Assembly (NCBI GenBank): GCA_045530835.1
Contig: JAZSCW010000047.1
Location: 3,879 to 67,878 of the forward strand
Direction of reading: 5' to 3'
Length of the DNA: 64,000 nt
DNA from: Lachnospiraceae bacterium
Lineage (GTDB): Bacteria; Bacillota; Clostridia; Lachnospirales; Lachnospiraceae
Below, piece by piece: positions 27,161 to 37,174 of the stretch. The number at the start of each line of letters is the position of its first letter. The first letter of the stretch is position 1. Position numbers and translations under genes: made by a program. The notes beneath the pieces were generated by a model. It was not told where the DNA came from. It was given only the letters and a program-made list of their open reading frames with translations, and did no database searches.

Positions 27161-29365
27161 TTACTCAGAAGATTCTGTAATAAACGATGATTCCGGATTG
27201 ATAGGATATCCGGTCTCCGGATCCAGGTATTCTCCCGTATGCGGGTCTATACCATATCCTGTCTCAGGATCAATCTTCATTTCAGGTTTTTGCCTGTCTA
27301 TCTCGGTTTCCGAACTTTCTTCTTCCTCTTTCGGGTTAGGACGGAGTAATGTTGCGTCATATATGCCTTTTTCCCGTAACTCCTGCTCTTCTTCTTCGGA
27401 AAGCTCTTCCGTCATGAAAACATTCAGATATGGAAGTACTTCGGTTAAAATCTCTCGTGTAATCAGGCATGCTTCTCCGGTACCGGCATTCTGATCCGGA
27501 AGATTAGGCCTGTCAATTACAACATAAATTACAATTTGCGGGTCATCCGCCGGAGCAAATCCCATAAAAGAACATACATACTGACCGGAACCACGTTTTC
27601 CATCCACTACCATTTCTGCAGTTCCTGTCTTACCGCCAATTGCATAGCCGGCCGGTCTTGCTCTCTTACCGGTACCATTTGTCACAACACCATTACAATA
27701 CTCAATAATCTGCTCAGATGTAGACGACGAAATAGTCTGTTTAAGCACTCTTGGCTCAATATTTTCAACAATAGAGCCGTCTGCACCAAGAATCTGGTTT
27801 ACCATATGCGGCTCGTAATAATAGCCTCCGTTTACCAGGGAATTGAATGCACAAATCATCTGAATCATGGTGACATTATAGCCCTGACCAAAAGTAGAGG
27901 TTGCAAGTTCAGTCGGTCCCATTGTCTGTTCATTAAATACAAGGGAAGCCGTTCTTGCTTCTCCGGTAAGATCAATATTGGTTTTAAGACCAAAATTGAA
28001 ATTCTCAAAACATTCCAGATAATTGCTTTTACCAATTGTATCACCCATCAACATCAATGATACGTTGCATGACTGTGCAATTGCATCCGCTACAGTCATC
28101 ATACCATCACCATTTCGGTTATGACATTTAATCTTGAATCCTCCGATTTCAAGCAAACCGCCACAGTAATACGTTTCTTCTCCTGTCATTTTACCCGTTT
28201 CAAGACCCATTGCAACCGTAATCGGTTTTGCAACAGAACCCGGTTCGTAGGTTTCGGAAATACAGAAATTCTTCCATAGACCTGCCAAAGCCTCTGCCTC
28301 TGTCGGCCGCGTATCTTCTTGCTGTGTTTCAGCTTTCTTTTCCTCAGATACCTCTTCTGAACTCCCCTCTTCATCCGGAGCCTCATTTTGTTGCAACTCA
28401 GACGGCAAAGGTTCTTCTCGAAGTTCACCTTCCTCAAAATATAACTCAACATTTCTTGGCTGGTTTAAATCAAAAAACGGATACCCTGCCATTGCAAGCA
28501 CATTTCCCGTGTCACACTCCATAATAATGCAACCCGTATTCATACTTCCATGTCCGTCTCTTGCATAATCTTCATACTTTTCATTGAAATCCGTTATTTT
28601 TTCTTCAACTATTTTTTGTATTGTAACATCAATGGTTGAAACAAGAGTATGTCCGTCAATGGCCGGAATGGTTGTTTTCTCTACATTTTCATCTTTATTC
28701 AAATAGCCGTATTCACGCCCATTCGTTCCATTGAGTACATCATTATAATACTCTTCCAGACCATATGCTCCCACATTTCCTGCATTGGTATAACCGATTG
28801 CATCACAAGCCACACTGCCAAGCGGATAAGTTCGCAAATACTCTTCCTCAAACCAGATTCCCATGATATCAACAGCTTCATCACTGTTCTTGGCATCTGT
28901 CACCATAGTCTGAAACGGTTCTATTACCTCATAATCAAGTTTCTTCGCCAGGACCCGATAACGCGAATCCGGATTCTGGGTAATAAATGTACGGATTTCA
29001 GCAGTATCCAAACCAAAACACTGACCTAATGCGGTCAGGGTTGCATTGATGCTACCTTCCTTTTTTTCCTCTGTTTTGGTGAGAACATAGGAATCCAAAA
29101 CAACATTATACACTTTTTTACTCATCGCAAGCGTAGTCCCTTTTCGATCTACAATAGAACCACGTCGATAAGGGAGAGTAACACTCTCATACGCGCGTTG
29201 TGATAATACGGTATGTTTAGATTCCTCTCCCCTTGTTTTATTAATCATTCCAAGTCGAACAAACAGTCCTATAAAACAAAGAAAAATAACGCAAAAAAGT
29301 ACCAGCGTACGCTTTGCCATGACTTTACTATTGGACTTGTCCTGCTTTTTTACCTGCTTTTTCAA
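27161..29365 (-). CDS. Class B penicillin-binding protein (FtsI/PBP2B-like)
   Basis: RRGSIVDRKG, YEPGSVAK, QSCN, GGKTGTA; follows ftsL. Confidence 0.92.
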   Translation of the reverse strand: MKKQVKKQDKSNSKVMAKRTLVLFCVIFLCFIGLFVRLGMINKTRGEESKHTVLSQRAYESVTLPYRRGSIVDRKGTTLAMSKKVYNVVLDSYVLTKTEEKKEGSINATLTALGQCFGLDTAEIRTFITQNPDSRYRVLAKKLDYEVIEPFQTMVTDAKNSDEAVDIMGIWFEEEYLRTYPLGSVACDAIGYTNAGNVGAYGLEEYYNDVLNGTNGREYGYLNKDENVEKTTIPAIDGHTLVSTIDVTIQKIVEEKITDFNEKYEDYARDGHGSMNTGCIIMECDTGNVLAMAGYPFFDLNQPRNVELYFEEGELREEPLPSELQQNEAPDEEGSSEEVSEEKKAETQQEDTRPTEAEALAGLWKNFCISETYEPGSVAKPITVAMGLETGKMTGEETYYCGGLLEIGGFKIKCHNRNGDGMMTVADAIAQSCNVSLMLMGDTIGKSNYLECFENFNFGLKTNIDLTGEARTASLVFNEQTMGPTELATSTFGQGYNVTMIQMICAFNSLVNGGYYYEPHMVNQILGADGSIVENIEPRVLKQTISSSTSEQIIEYCNGVVTNGTGKRARPAGYAIGGKTGTAEMVVDGKRGSGQYVCSFMGFAPADDPQIVIYVVIDRPNLPDQNAGTGEACLITREILTEVLPYLNVFMTEELSEEEEQELREKGIYDATLLRPNPKEEEESSETEIDRQKPEMKIDPETGYGIDPHTGEYLDPETGYPINPESSFITESSE

Positions 29366-29379
29366 AAAAACACCTACTT

Positions 29380-29871
29380 TTACTCTACTATATCAGAATA
29401 TTGTCTTACATAATCGCTCATGGTATCAGTATATGTAATTATTTGGCCCTCTGTTGCATAATGCATACCTAACTCTTGCATTGCGACACGTTTCACTTCT
29501 TCTAAATCAACAGAATTCACAATACGCTCATACTCCTGTTCGTTATCGAGTTTCATACTCAGATAACGGCTTTCAAGTTCCGCAACATTACGTGTACTTT
29601 CCGTAATATCGGCCTGAAGACGGATATAACCGGTAAGAATCACACCTAATATACCAAATACCACTGTTAAAAAGATAACATAACCCAAGTTCAAATGTAC
29701 AGTACTTTCGGGTTTTTTGCGGATTTTTTTACGCGCTTCCTCGTTAGGCTCCTCATCAAGTGCCTTTTTGATATCAATTACTGTATTTCCATATACATAA
29801 GTACTTCCGCTATTGGTTCTTCTATTATATATGTCTTGACGTGTACGACTGTTTCTGTACTTTGTTTCCAT
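29380..29871 (-). CDS. ftsL: Cell division protein FtsL-like
   Basis: Single TM, coiled coil, VKRVAMQELGM; lies between rsmH and the PBP gene. Confidence 0.75.
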   Translation of the reverse strand: METKYRNSRTRQDIYNRRTNSGSTYVYGNTVIDIKKALDEEPNEEARKKIRKKPESTVHLNLGYVIFLTVVFGILGVILTGYIRLQADITESTRNVAELESRYLSMKLDNEQEYERIVNSVDLEEVKRVAMQELGMHYATEGQIITYTDTMSDYVRQYSDIVE

Positions 29872-29877
29872 TTCTTG

Positions 29878-30819
29878 TTAAACTCCTCTCTTCTCAAATA
29901 CGCGAAGCTTCGCGGATTTAGACCTTGAATTATTGCTAAGTTCTTCCTCGCTCGGAAGAATCGGTTTGTTTGTAATCACACGCCCCTGCGATTCTCTTTT
30001 GCAGGTACAAATCGGAAATGACGGAGGACAAATGCAGGGATTCTCTGCTTTTTTCATAGCCATTTTAACAATGCGATCCTCCAGAGAATGGAAGGTAATA
30101 ATACATAATCTTCCGTTCGGTTTCAAAAGTGCAATCATATCTTCTAACGTATCCTTAAGTACTTCAAGTTCATGATTACACTCAATTCTGATTGCCTGAA
30201 AAGTACGTTTCGAAGGATGACCTCCCGTTGCGCGCATTTTAGCCGGAATAGCTGCTTTGATTAACTCATTCAATTCAAATGTTGTTTCAATCGGCTTCTC
30301 TTTCCGGGCATTCACAATGTGCTTCGCTATATTCTTTGCAAACTGTTCTTCTCCATATTCTTTCAGAATACGGAATAATTCCATTTCACTGTAGTTATTT
30401 ACAATATCTCTTGCACTTACCGTCTGACGTCTATCCATACGCATATCAAGCGGTGCATCATAGCGGTAACTGAATCCACGTTCTACCGTATCTAACTGAT
30501 ACGAAGAAACCCCCAAGTCCAAAAGAATTCCGTCCACACCCTCATTTGCATGTTCTGCTGCAATTTCCTTCATCGCACAATAGTTATTTCTTACAATCAC
30601 AACTTTCGAACCAAATTCCGAAAGTCTTTCACTTGCAACGGTAATAGCTGCTTCATCCTGATCAATACCGATTAATTTTCCTTTGTCAGTGAGACGCTTT
30701 GCAATTTGTTTCGAATGGCCTGCACCACCAAGTGTACCATCAATATAGGTTCCATCAGGCTTAATCTGCAATGCCTCTATACATTCCCAAAGCAATACTG
30801 ATTGATGTTCAAATTCCAT
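29878..30819 (-). CDS. rsmH: 16S rRNA m4C1402 methyltransferase
   Basis: [41 protein letters not shown]. Confidence 0.97.
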   Translation of the reverse strand: MEFEHQSVLLWECIEALQIKPDGTYIDGTLGGAGHSKQIAKRLTDKGKLIGIDQDEAAITVASERLSEFGSKVVIVRNNYCAMKEIAAEHANEGVDGILLDLGVSSYQLDTVERGFSYRYDAPLDMRMDRRQTVSARDIVNNYSEMELFRILKEYGEEQFAKNIAKHIVNARKEKPIETTFELNELIKAAIPAKMRATGGHPSKRTFQAIRIECNHELEVLKDTLEDMIALLKPNGRLCIITFHSLEDRIVKMAMKKAENPCICPPSFPICTCKRESQGRVITNKPILPSEEELSNNSRSKSAKLRVFEKRGV

Positions 30820-30866
30820 TTCTTTCCTCCACCGATTATTTTTACCTTGAATAACTGAAAACTCTG

Positions 30867-31307
30867 CTAGATCATGATTCCGGCTGCGTCCAGTTCATCG
30901 GCAATTGCAGAAATATCCAATCCGTTCATCATCTCTTCGTACTTATCCTTCGCCCAGATTTCAATATATTTACCGGCTCCGACAAGTACAACGTCTTTCT
31001 CAATCTGTGCATACTCACGAAAAGCAGTATTTAATAAAATTCTTCCGTGACTGTCTAGTTCCACTTCACCGGCTTTACCCAGCATAAAACGATTAAAGTT
31101 ACGGTTTGTTTGTCTGGTCATGCTGATTTGGGAAAGTTTCTCAACAAGTTTCTCCCATTCTTCCATGGCATACACAACAAGGCAGTCATCAATCCCTTTG
31201 GTCACAACAAATCTTTCTCCTAACTTTTCACGATATGTTGCCGGGATAATCAGCCTGCCTTTGGCATCAACTGTGTGATTGTATTCACCCATGAAACCAA
31301 TTGCCAT
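30867..31307 (-). CDS. mraZ: Transcriptional regulator MraZ
   Basis: [18 protein letters not shown] and a second DSHGRI repeat. Confidence 0.96.
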   Translation of the reverse strand: MAIGFMGEYNHTVDAKGRLIIPATYREKLGERFVVTKGIDDCLVVYAMEEWEKLVEKLSQISMTRQTNRNFNRFMLGKAGEVELDSHGRILLNTAFREYAQIEKDVVLVGAGKYIEIWAKDKYEEMMNGLDISAIADELDAAGIMI

Positions 31308-31340
31308 CTTACACTACCTTCTGATAATCACTTTTCCTCT

Positions 31341-31370
31341 TTTCGTACCACTTTGTACCACTTCGTACCA
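31341..31370 (-). promoter_or_regulatory. MraZ-binding tandem repeats
   Basis: Three 10-bp units TGGTACGAAG/TGGTACAAAG/TGGTACGAAA upstream of mraZ, matching the known 10-bp-period GTGG boxes. Confidence 0.78.
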
Positions 31371-31391
31371 TTTTTTCTTTAATTTAGCTTA

Positions 31392-31420
31392 ATTTTAAAC
31401 CTTTTCTCCCACCTTGACAA
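31392..31420 (-). promoter_or_regulatory. Sigma-A promoter of the dcw operon
   Basis: TTGTCA-17 bp-TAAAAT, with a GTGGGAG box in the spacer. Confidence 0.65.
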
Positions 31421-31590
31421 GCCTTTTTGTAGTTTTTCTTTTTGTTTTTTCTATATTTTTTCAAAAATTGTGGTCATAAAAAGAAAAGATACCAAATATA
31501 GAAAAAAGCCATGCTTTTGCCTTTTCGGCAAAAACACAGCTTCTTTTTTTTAAGCGCTTCTACGCTGTTATTTTTTCTCTTTCAACTCTT

Positions 31591-32688
31591 TTATACATTA
31601 AAACGGAACAGGATAACATCTCCGTCCTTCACAATATATTCCTTACCTTCCAGACCAACCAGTCCTTTTTCTTTAGCTGCAGCAATACTGCCCTGTTCCA
31701 TCAGATTCTCGTAAGAAACCACCTCTGCTTTGATAAAACCACGTTCAAAATCGGTATGGATTTTACCGGCTGCCTGCGGAGCTTTTGTTCCCACTTTGAT
31801 GGTCCATGCACGACATTCATCTTCACCTGCCGTAAGGAAACTGATTAAGCCAAGCAACCGATAGCTTGCGGCAATCAGTTTTTCAAGTCCTGATTCACTC
31901 AGTCCCAGATCTTCCAAGAACATTGCCTTTTCTTCGTCATCAAGCTCAGCAATTTCCTGTTCAATCTGTGCACAAATCACAAATACTTCGCTGTCATCGG
32001 ACTTAGCCAACTCTCGAACTGCCTGTACATAATTGTTATCCTCACCATCATTTGCAAGATCATCTTCCGATACATTGGCAGCAAAAATAACCGGCTTTCC
32101 TGTCAGAAGATTGTATGAACGCAACCAGTTCTCCTCATCCTCATCCTGTACTTCAAAATTCTTGGCAAGCTTACCTTCTTCAAGATATGCTTTCAGACGT
32201 TCAAGAAGTGCAAGTTCCTTCGCCAGTGTTTTGTCATTCTTAGCACCGCGAACAGTCTTGGCAATTCTACGCTCTAAAATCTCAATATCGGAAAATACAA
32301 GTTCCAAATTTATCGTTTCGATATCACGTACCGGATTAACGCTTCCGTCTACATGTACAACGTTCGTATCCTCAAAACAACGAACCACATGCACGATTGC
32401 ATCTACCTCACGTATATTACTTAAAAACTGGTTTCCGAGTCCTTCACCTTTGGAAGCACCTTTTACAAGGCCGGCAATATCTACGAATTCAATGACTGCG
32501 GGAGTTACTTTCTTGGTGTTGTAAAGTTCTCCTAACTTTTTGATTCTCTCATCCGGCACAGATACAATTCCGACATTCGGATCAATGGTACAGAACGGAT
32601 AGTTCGCTGATTCCGCTCCTGCCTTCGTTAATGAATTAAACAATGTACTTTTTCCGACATTGGGTAAACCTACGATTCCCAGTTTCAT
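31591..32688 (-). CDS. ychF: Redox-regulated ATPase YchF
   Basis: GIVGLPNVGKSTLFN, NYPFCTIDPN, DIAGLVKGAS, IHTDFERGFIKAEV. Confidence 0.97.
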   Translation of the reverse strand: MKLGIVGLPNVGKSTLFNSLTKAGAESANYPFCTIDPNVGIVSVPDERIKKLGELYNTKKVTPAVIEFVDIAGLVKGASKGEGLGNQFLSNIREVDAIVHVVRCFEDTNVVHVDGSVNPVRDIETINLELVFSDIEILERRIAKTVRGAKNDKTLAKELALLERLKAYLEEGKLAKNFEVQDEDEENWLRSYNLLTGKPVIFAANVSEDDLANDGEDNNYVQAVRELAKSDDSEVFVICAQIEQEIAELDDEEKAMFLEDLGLSESGLEKLIAASYRLLGLISFLTAGEDECRAWTIKVGTKAPQAAGKIHTDFERGFIKAEVVSYENLMEQGSIAAAKEKGLVGLEGKEYIVKDGDVILFRFNV

Positions 32689-32863
32689 TTTCTCTATTTC
32701 CTCCTTAAAAACCCTTACTTTCACGAGGGTTTTGTATTTTCACTACTTCGTTACTTATCAACTGTGTGCATCGCTCTTTCATATGAAAAGAGTCTAACAC
32801 GACATATTATAATATCATAATCAGACTCTATTTTCAACTTTATTATTTTAAATGCTTCATTTC

Positions 32864-34996
32864 CTACATATCATCCCAAACATAAGAAAACATAATTCCT
32901 GTCATACAGGTATCCTCATATTTCTCACCTTCATATACCTCTGCTATTTCAAAACGGAAGGAAGCCTCTCGGCCGTTCCCGATTGTCATATTAAGTTCTG
33001 AAAGATCAATGTACTGTGGATACATGGTATCTTCAAGCGTTATGGTTCCCATATATTCATCAAAATAGTAGAATTTCAAACTTTTGACCCGGGAATTTGC
33101 CTGCCACTTTTTTTCGTTTTCTGCATATCCGTTCACAATACATAACTTATCAAAAGTAAGCTGCTCAGGTCCGGGCCCCATATACATCCGCTTATAATCT
33201 ATCGTTTCACCAATACCATAGCCGGACACACCTTCTGACCAGACACTCCATTTCGATTGCATTGCCAGGTTATCCGGTGAATAGTAGATATTCGCAGTCT
33301 CCTCTAACTCAGATGACGCAATCACACTTGAATAATTCTTATATTCTCCCGGTACAAAAAAACATCCCGTTTCAATCTCTTTTTCATTAAAACCATAATC
33401 TATCTCATCTTCTTGTGTGTCAAAAAATTCTCCAACGGAAGCTTGCGGAAGTTGATACTCCCACTCCTGCGGTAATGAAAATGACGGTTCCCCTGTATCA
33501 TTAATTGAGGTAATCAAAAAATAGTAATAATATTCCTCATCGGAGTATTCTCTTATTACCTGTATGCTTTCACTGACACTTTTACCGACAATTTCTTTGG
33601 CAACATAAGAAATCACTTCAGATGCGAAATCACTCGTTTGTTTTATAATAACCATATCTTTTTCTAACCTGAAACTTATCTCATGTTCCGATTCAATCAC
33701 TTCAAAGTTCCCTTCCGTATCAGGAATTTTGCGTAACACCTCTGCACAACAATATACGGTATCTCCATAATCAACTATATTATCATTCACAGCTCCTGCA
33801 GGAGATTCTTGTGCTACTGTCTTCTGTGATGAATCCGTTGTGTGTTCCTCACTTGCGTCGGAACGTTCAGATATATTTACACGCTCCGCTTCCGACACCT
33901 GTTCTTCTATCGCAATCTCCAGAAATTCTCCATCAACACCTTTTTCAGTCGGCAATCTTCTCTCCATCAACGCACAGCCCGAAACCATAATCAGAATACA
34001 TGCCGTCACAATCATAAGCAAAATACTGCTCTTTTTTCCGGATACAATATTCTCAATTCTGGCACGAATAAGCTTCTTTTCCGATTTCATATTGGTTGAA
34101 AGCAATACACGTTCCGAAACCTTTTTGTGCTTCCTGATTACATCCAAAAGACAACTCCCGTATCGTTTCCGTTCCGCAATTCCGATTTTTAACATTACCG
34201 TCTCATCACACGCCAACTCGCAATCATAACCGGAATATTTAAATGCAAACCAGATAATCGGATTATAAAAGAATACGGCCAGAATCATATATCGGATTAT
34301 CACCCAGATAAAATCTCCGTGTTTAAAATGACCTTCCTCATGCAGCATTGCATAACGAAGTTCCTCTTCCGTCATTCCCTCCGGCACATAAACCGTAGCA
34401 CAAAGCAAAAAAGGGGAAGAAATATTTTTCAAGCGATAGACCGGCAATTTGGAATACGGTGTTTCGCACAGATAGATTCTGTTATGCCTGCAGTTATGTT
34501 CAAACCGTATATTTGTAGACACAATACCTGCAACAAAAGCAAGAACAGGAACAATATAAAACACGAGCAGAATCACAAGCCGGTTTATCTCCCTATCCTT
34601 CTTTTCTTCAGTCAAAGCACTCGTTTTCCCGAAGACTTCTGCCTCCTTTTTTACCACGTCTGAAACGTCATCCGTTTTCACTACAATACCATTAGCATGC
34701 TCGGATATTTTAATGCTTTTCTCCTGTTGCATTCGTTCTTCCGCAGAAATAACAATTGTGCGTATTTCACCTTCAAGTTGCTCTATTGTATTGTCTTGAA
34801 AAGTCTGAAAAAAGCGCGGCATCGGTATACTGATAACCGGCACCAGCAACATAACTGCCGGAATCAAAAACCACAAACCATAAACAAACCGTTTAGACAT
34901 CTTCTTAGAAAACAAAAAACGAATTCCAAGAATAAATACTGCAATCAGGCTGGTTCCAAGCAAACAACTGATATAATATTCAATCCACCATTCCAT
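32864..34996 (-). CDS. BlaR1/MecR1-like M56 metallopeptidase with a non-beta-lactam C-terminal extracellular domain
   Basis: YGLW, SPF, HEEGH zinc motif, FYNPIIW, DCELACDE. C-terminal WSEGVSGYGIGE...NGY...NSRVK...EIAEVYEG.KYEDT resembles discoidin/NADase-type glycan-binding domains. Confidence 0.85.
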   Translation of the reverse strand: MEWWIEYYISCLLGTSLIAVFILGIRFLFSKKMSKRFVYGLWFLIPAVMLLVPVISIPMPRFFQTFQDNTIEQLEGEIRTIVISAEERMQQEKSIKISEHANGIVVKTDDVSDVVKKEAEVFGKTSALTEEKKDREINRLVILLVFYIVPVLAFVAGIVSTNIRFEHNCRHNRIYLCETPYSKLPVYRLKNISSPFLLCATVYVPEGMTEEELRYAMLHEEGHFKHGDFIWVIIRYMILAVFFYNPIIWFAFKYSGYDCELACDETVMLKIGIAERKRYGSCLLDVIRKHKKVSERVLLSTNMKSEKKLIRARIENIVSGKKSSILLMIVTACILIMVSGCALMERRLPTEKGVDGEFLEIAIEEQVSEAERVNISERSDASEEHTTDSSQKTVAQESPAGAVNDNIVDYGDTVYCCAEVLRKIPDTEGNFEVIESEHEISFRLEKDMVIIKQTSDFASEVISYVAKEIVGKSVSESIQVIREYSDEEYYYYFLITSINDTGEPSFSLPQEWEYQLPQASVGEFFDTQEDEIDYGFNEKEIETGCFFVPGEYKNYSSVIASSELEETANIYYSPDNLAMQSKWSVWSEGVSGYGIGETIDYKRMYMGPGPEQLTFDKLCIVNGYAENEKKWQANSRVKSLKFYYFDEYMGTITLEDTMYPQYIDLSELNMTIGNGREASFRFEIAEVYEGEKYEDTCMTGIMFSYVWDDM

Positions 34997-35008
34997 ATAC
35001 TAACTCAC

Positions 35009-35386
35009 CTATTTTTTTGATGATTCGCGCCCATTCTCCAGTATCTCATAAAGTTCATCCAAATCTTCCCGGGTAAGTGCATCTGCTTTCATCATCGTAT
35101 TGATCATCAAACCAAGTTTTCCCTTAAAAGTTTTTTGCAAGAAACTTTTTGTTTCTTCAGCTGCAGTCTCGTCCTTGGAAATCTTAGGATAGTACTGCTT
35201 TGCTTTCTCTCCCGCTTCGTAATAAACCGCCCCTTTGTCTTCCAATCTTTTTAGAAGTGTCATGACAGTATGTTTTGTCCAACCCGTAGATTCTGCCAAG
35301 CTCTTTGTAAGCTGCATAATGGTTCGCGGGGACTGCTCCCATAACATATCCATGATTTTCCATTCTGCATCTGTAATATTAATCAT
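35009..35386 (-). CDS. BlaI/MecI/CopY family repressor
   Basis: ITDAEWKIMDMLW, WTKHTVMTLLKRLEDKG. Confidence 0.93.
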   Translation of the reverse strand: MINITDAEWKIMDMLWEQSPRTIMQLTKSLAESTGWTKHTVMTLLKRLEDKGAVYYEAGEKAKQYYPKISKDETAAEETKSFLQKTFKGKLGLMINTMMKADALTREDLDELYEILENGRESSKK

Positions 35387-35440
35387 ATCTGTCTTCTCCT
35401 CTCCATTTCCGAATCATTCATTCTAACTTCCATTTTCAAT

Positions 35441-35469
35441 AAAATATCATATTGGTAGATTTTTGTCAA
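35441..35469 (-). promoter_or_regulatory. Sigma-A promoter of the blaI-like gene
   Basis: TTGACA-17 bp-TATTTT with a TG extended -10. Confidence 0.55.
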
Positions 35470-35497
35470 CCTTTTCAACTGAGAACATACAATCTAT

Positions 35498-35541
35498 CAA
35501 AAAAGCCCCTTTCGTCAGTCATTTCATCTGACAAAAGGAGC
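35498..35541 (-). terminator. Intrinsic terminator after rpe
   Basis: GCTCCTTTTGTCAG...CTGACGAAAGGGGC hairpin followed by TTTTTTT. Confidence 0.7.
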
Positions 35542-35584
35542 ACCTTCATTCTGATATTCATAAATGCACACATTGCAACATATT

Positions 35585-36241
35585 CTATTGATTCATTTTT
35601 GCAATTAAAGCTTTTGCACTTTCAAACGGTGTCTCAGTAAATACTGCAGAGCCAGCTACAATAACATTTGCTCCGGCGCTTAAAGGCTTCGCAACCGTCT
35701 CCAAAGAAATTCCGCCATCCACTTCAATATCTACAGCTAAATTACATTCTTGAATCTTTGCATATAACGCTGCTACTTTTTCTGTACAGGCATCAATATA
35801 TTTCTGTCCGCCAAATCCGGGATGCACTGTCATTACCAAAACCATATCAACCTCTTCAAGATATGGATATACACGTTCAATAGGGGTTTCCGGATTTAAC
35901 GACAGTCCCACCTTCACACCTAAATCACGTATTTGCTTTAAAACCTGATTATCCTGAATGGTTTCTACATGTACAGTCAAAATATCCGCACCATATTTAG
36001 CAAATACCTCAACATAGCGTTCCGGTTTTTCAATCATCAGGTGTACGTCATATACCATATCCGATACACCACGTATTGACTGTAATACCGGCATGCCAAA
36101 AGAAATAGAAGGAACAAACATTCCATCCATCACATCAAAATGTAAGTATTTAGCTCCTGCCTTCTCTACGGCTTTTATCTGTTCACCAAGTTTAGTAAAA
36201 TCAGCCGCAAGTATGGAAGGCGCCAAAATTCTTTCTCTCAT
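35585..36241 (-). CDS. rpe: Ribulose-phosphate 3-epimerase
   Basis: LAPSILAADF, HFDVMDG, DVHLM, MTVHPGFGGQ, EVDGG. Confidence 0.96.
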   Translation of the reverse strand: MRERILAPSILAADFTKLGEQIKAVEKAGAKYLHFDVMDGMFVPSISFGMPVLQSIRGVSDMVYDVHLMIEKPERYVEVFAKYGADILTVHVETIQDNQVLKQIRDLGVKVGLSLNPETPIERVYPYLEEVDMVLVMTVHPGFGGQKYIDACTEKVAALYAKIQECNLAVDIEVDGGISLETVAKPLSAGANVIVAGSAVFTETPFESAKALIAKMNQ

Positions 36242-36259
36242 AACAATTCCTGTCCTCAT

Positions 36260-37174
36260 TTAATATTTTTTTCTCATTTTGTGTTCTTCATAAAGCTGCA
36301 CGTAATTTCGATAACGCAAATCACTTATCTTACCTTCCTGCAACGCATTCTTCACACCGCACTCCGGTTCACTGATATGCGCACATCCCTGAAAACGACA
36401 CTGTAATTCAAACGGTTCAAACTCCGGATAAAACCACGCAATGGAATCTTCTTCCGATAAAATATCCAAAGAACTAAACCCCGGAGTATCCATCAGATAG
36501 GTTGGTTGTCCTTCATTTTGCAATGCGAACAACTCCGTATGCCTTGTCGTATGTTTTCCTCTCTCAATCTTTGCACTTATTTCCCCGGTTTGCATTTTTG
36601 CCGTCCCGAAAAATGCATTGATCAATGATGACTTACCAACACCGCTTGGACCCGCAATTGCGGTCGTTTTACCGACTATCATTTCCTTTAAGCGTTCCGG
36701 AATCACATCCGATTTCGCACTGGAAAAAAACACTTCACTACCGCAATTTTCATATTCTTTTTGTATCCGCATCGTTTCCTCATCCGACGCCAGATCCGTT
36801 TTGTTAAAACAAATCAAACACGGCAGCCCCTGACTGCGCATCATAACAAGAAAACGATCCAAAAGATTAAAATTAGGCTGCGGCTTCGTTATTGCAAATA
36901 CAATCAAAGCCTGATCAATATTGGCAACCGCCGGCCTGATTAGTTCGCTTTTACGCGGCAAAAGTGCCGTAATGTTTCCGAGTTTCCTCTCTTCATCCAG
37001 ACACTTTAATTCCACCTCATCACCTACAAGAGGTTTTTTACCATCTTTTCGGAATATGCCTTTTGCTTTGCACTCGTAAATCCCTTTCCCCGGAACATGC
37101 ACATAGTAAAAGCCTGCAATTCCTTTTATCATTTTTCCATTAAGAACTTCATTTTCCACATTTTCACCCAGCAT
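36260..37174 (-). CDS. rsgA: Ribosome small subunit-dependent GTPase RsgA
   Basis: NKTD, GPSGVGKSS, GKHTT, DTPGF, CRFQGCAH..EPEC zinc site. Confidence 0.96.
   Translation of the reverse strand: MLGENVENEVLNGKMIKGIAGFYYVHVPGKGIYECKAKGIFRKDGKKPLVGDEVELKCLDEERKLGNITALLPRKSELIRPAVANIDQALIVFAITKPQPNFNLLDRFLVMMRSQGLPCLICFNKTDLASDEETMRIQKEYENCGSEVFFSSAKSDVIPERLKEMIVGKTTAIAGPSGVGKSSLINAFFGTAKMQTGEISAKIERGKHTTRHTELFALQNEGQPTYLMDTPGFSSLDILSEEDSIAWFYPEFEPFELQCRFQGCAHISEPECGVKNALQEGKISDLRYRNYVQLYEEHKMRKKY

Noticed and set aside
31341-31370. Tandem repeats as a CRISPR array or VNTR
   Set aside because: 10-bp units with no spacers; explained as MraZ boxes.
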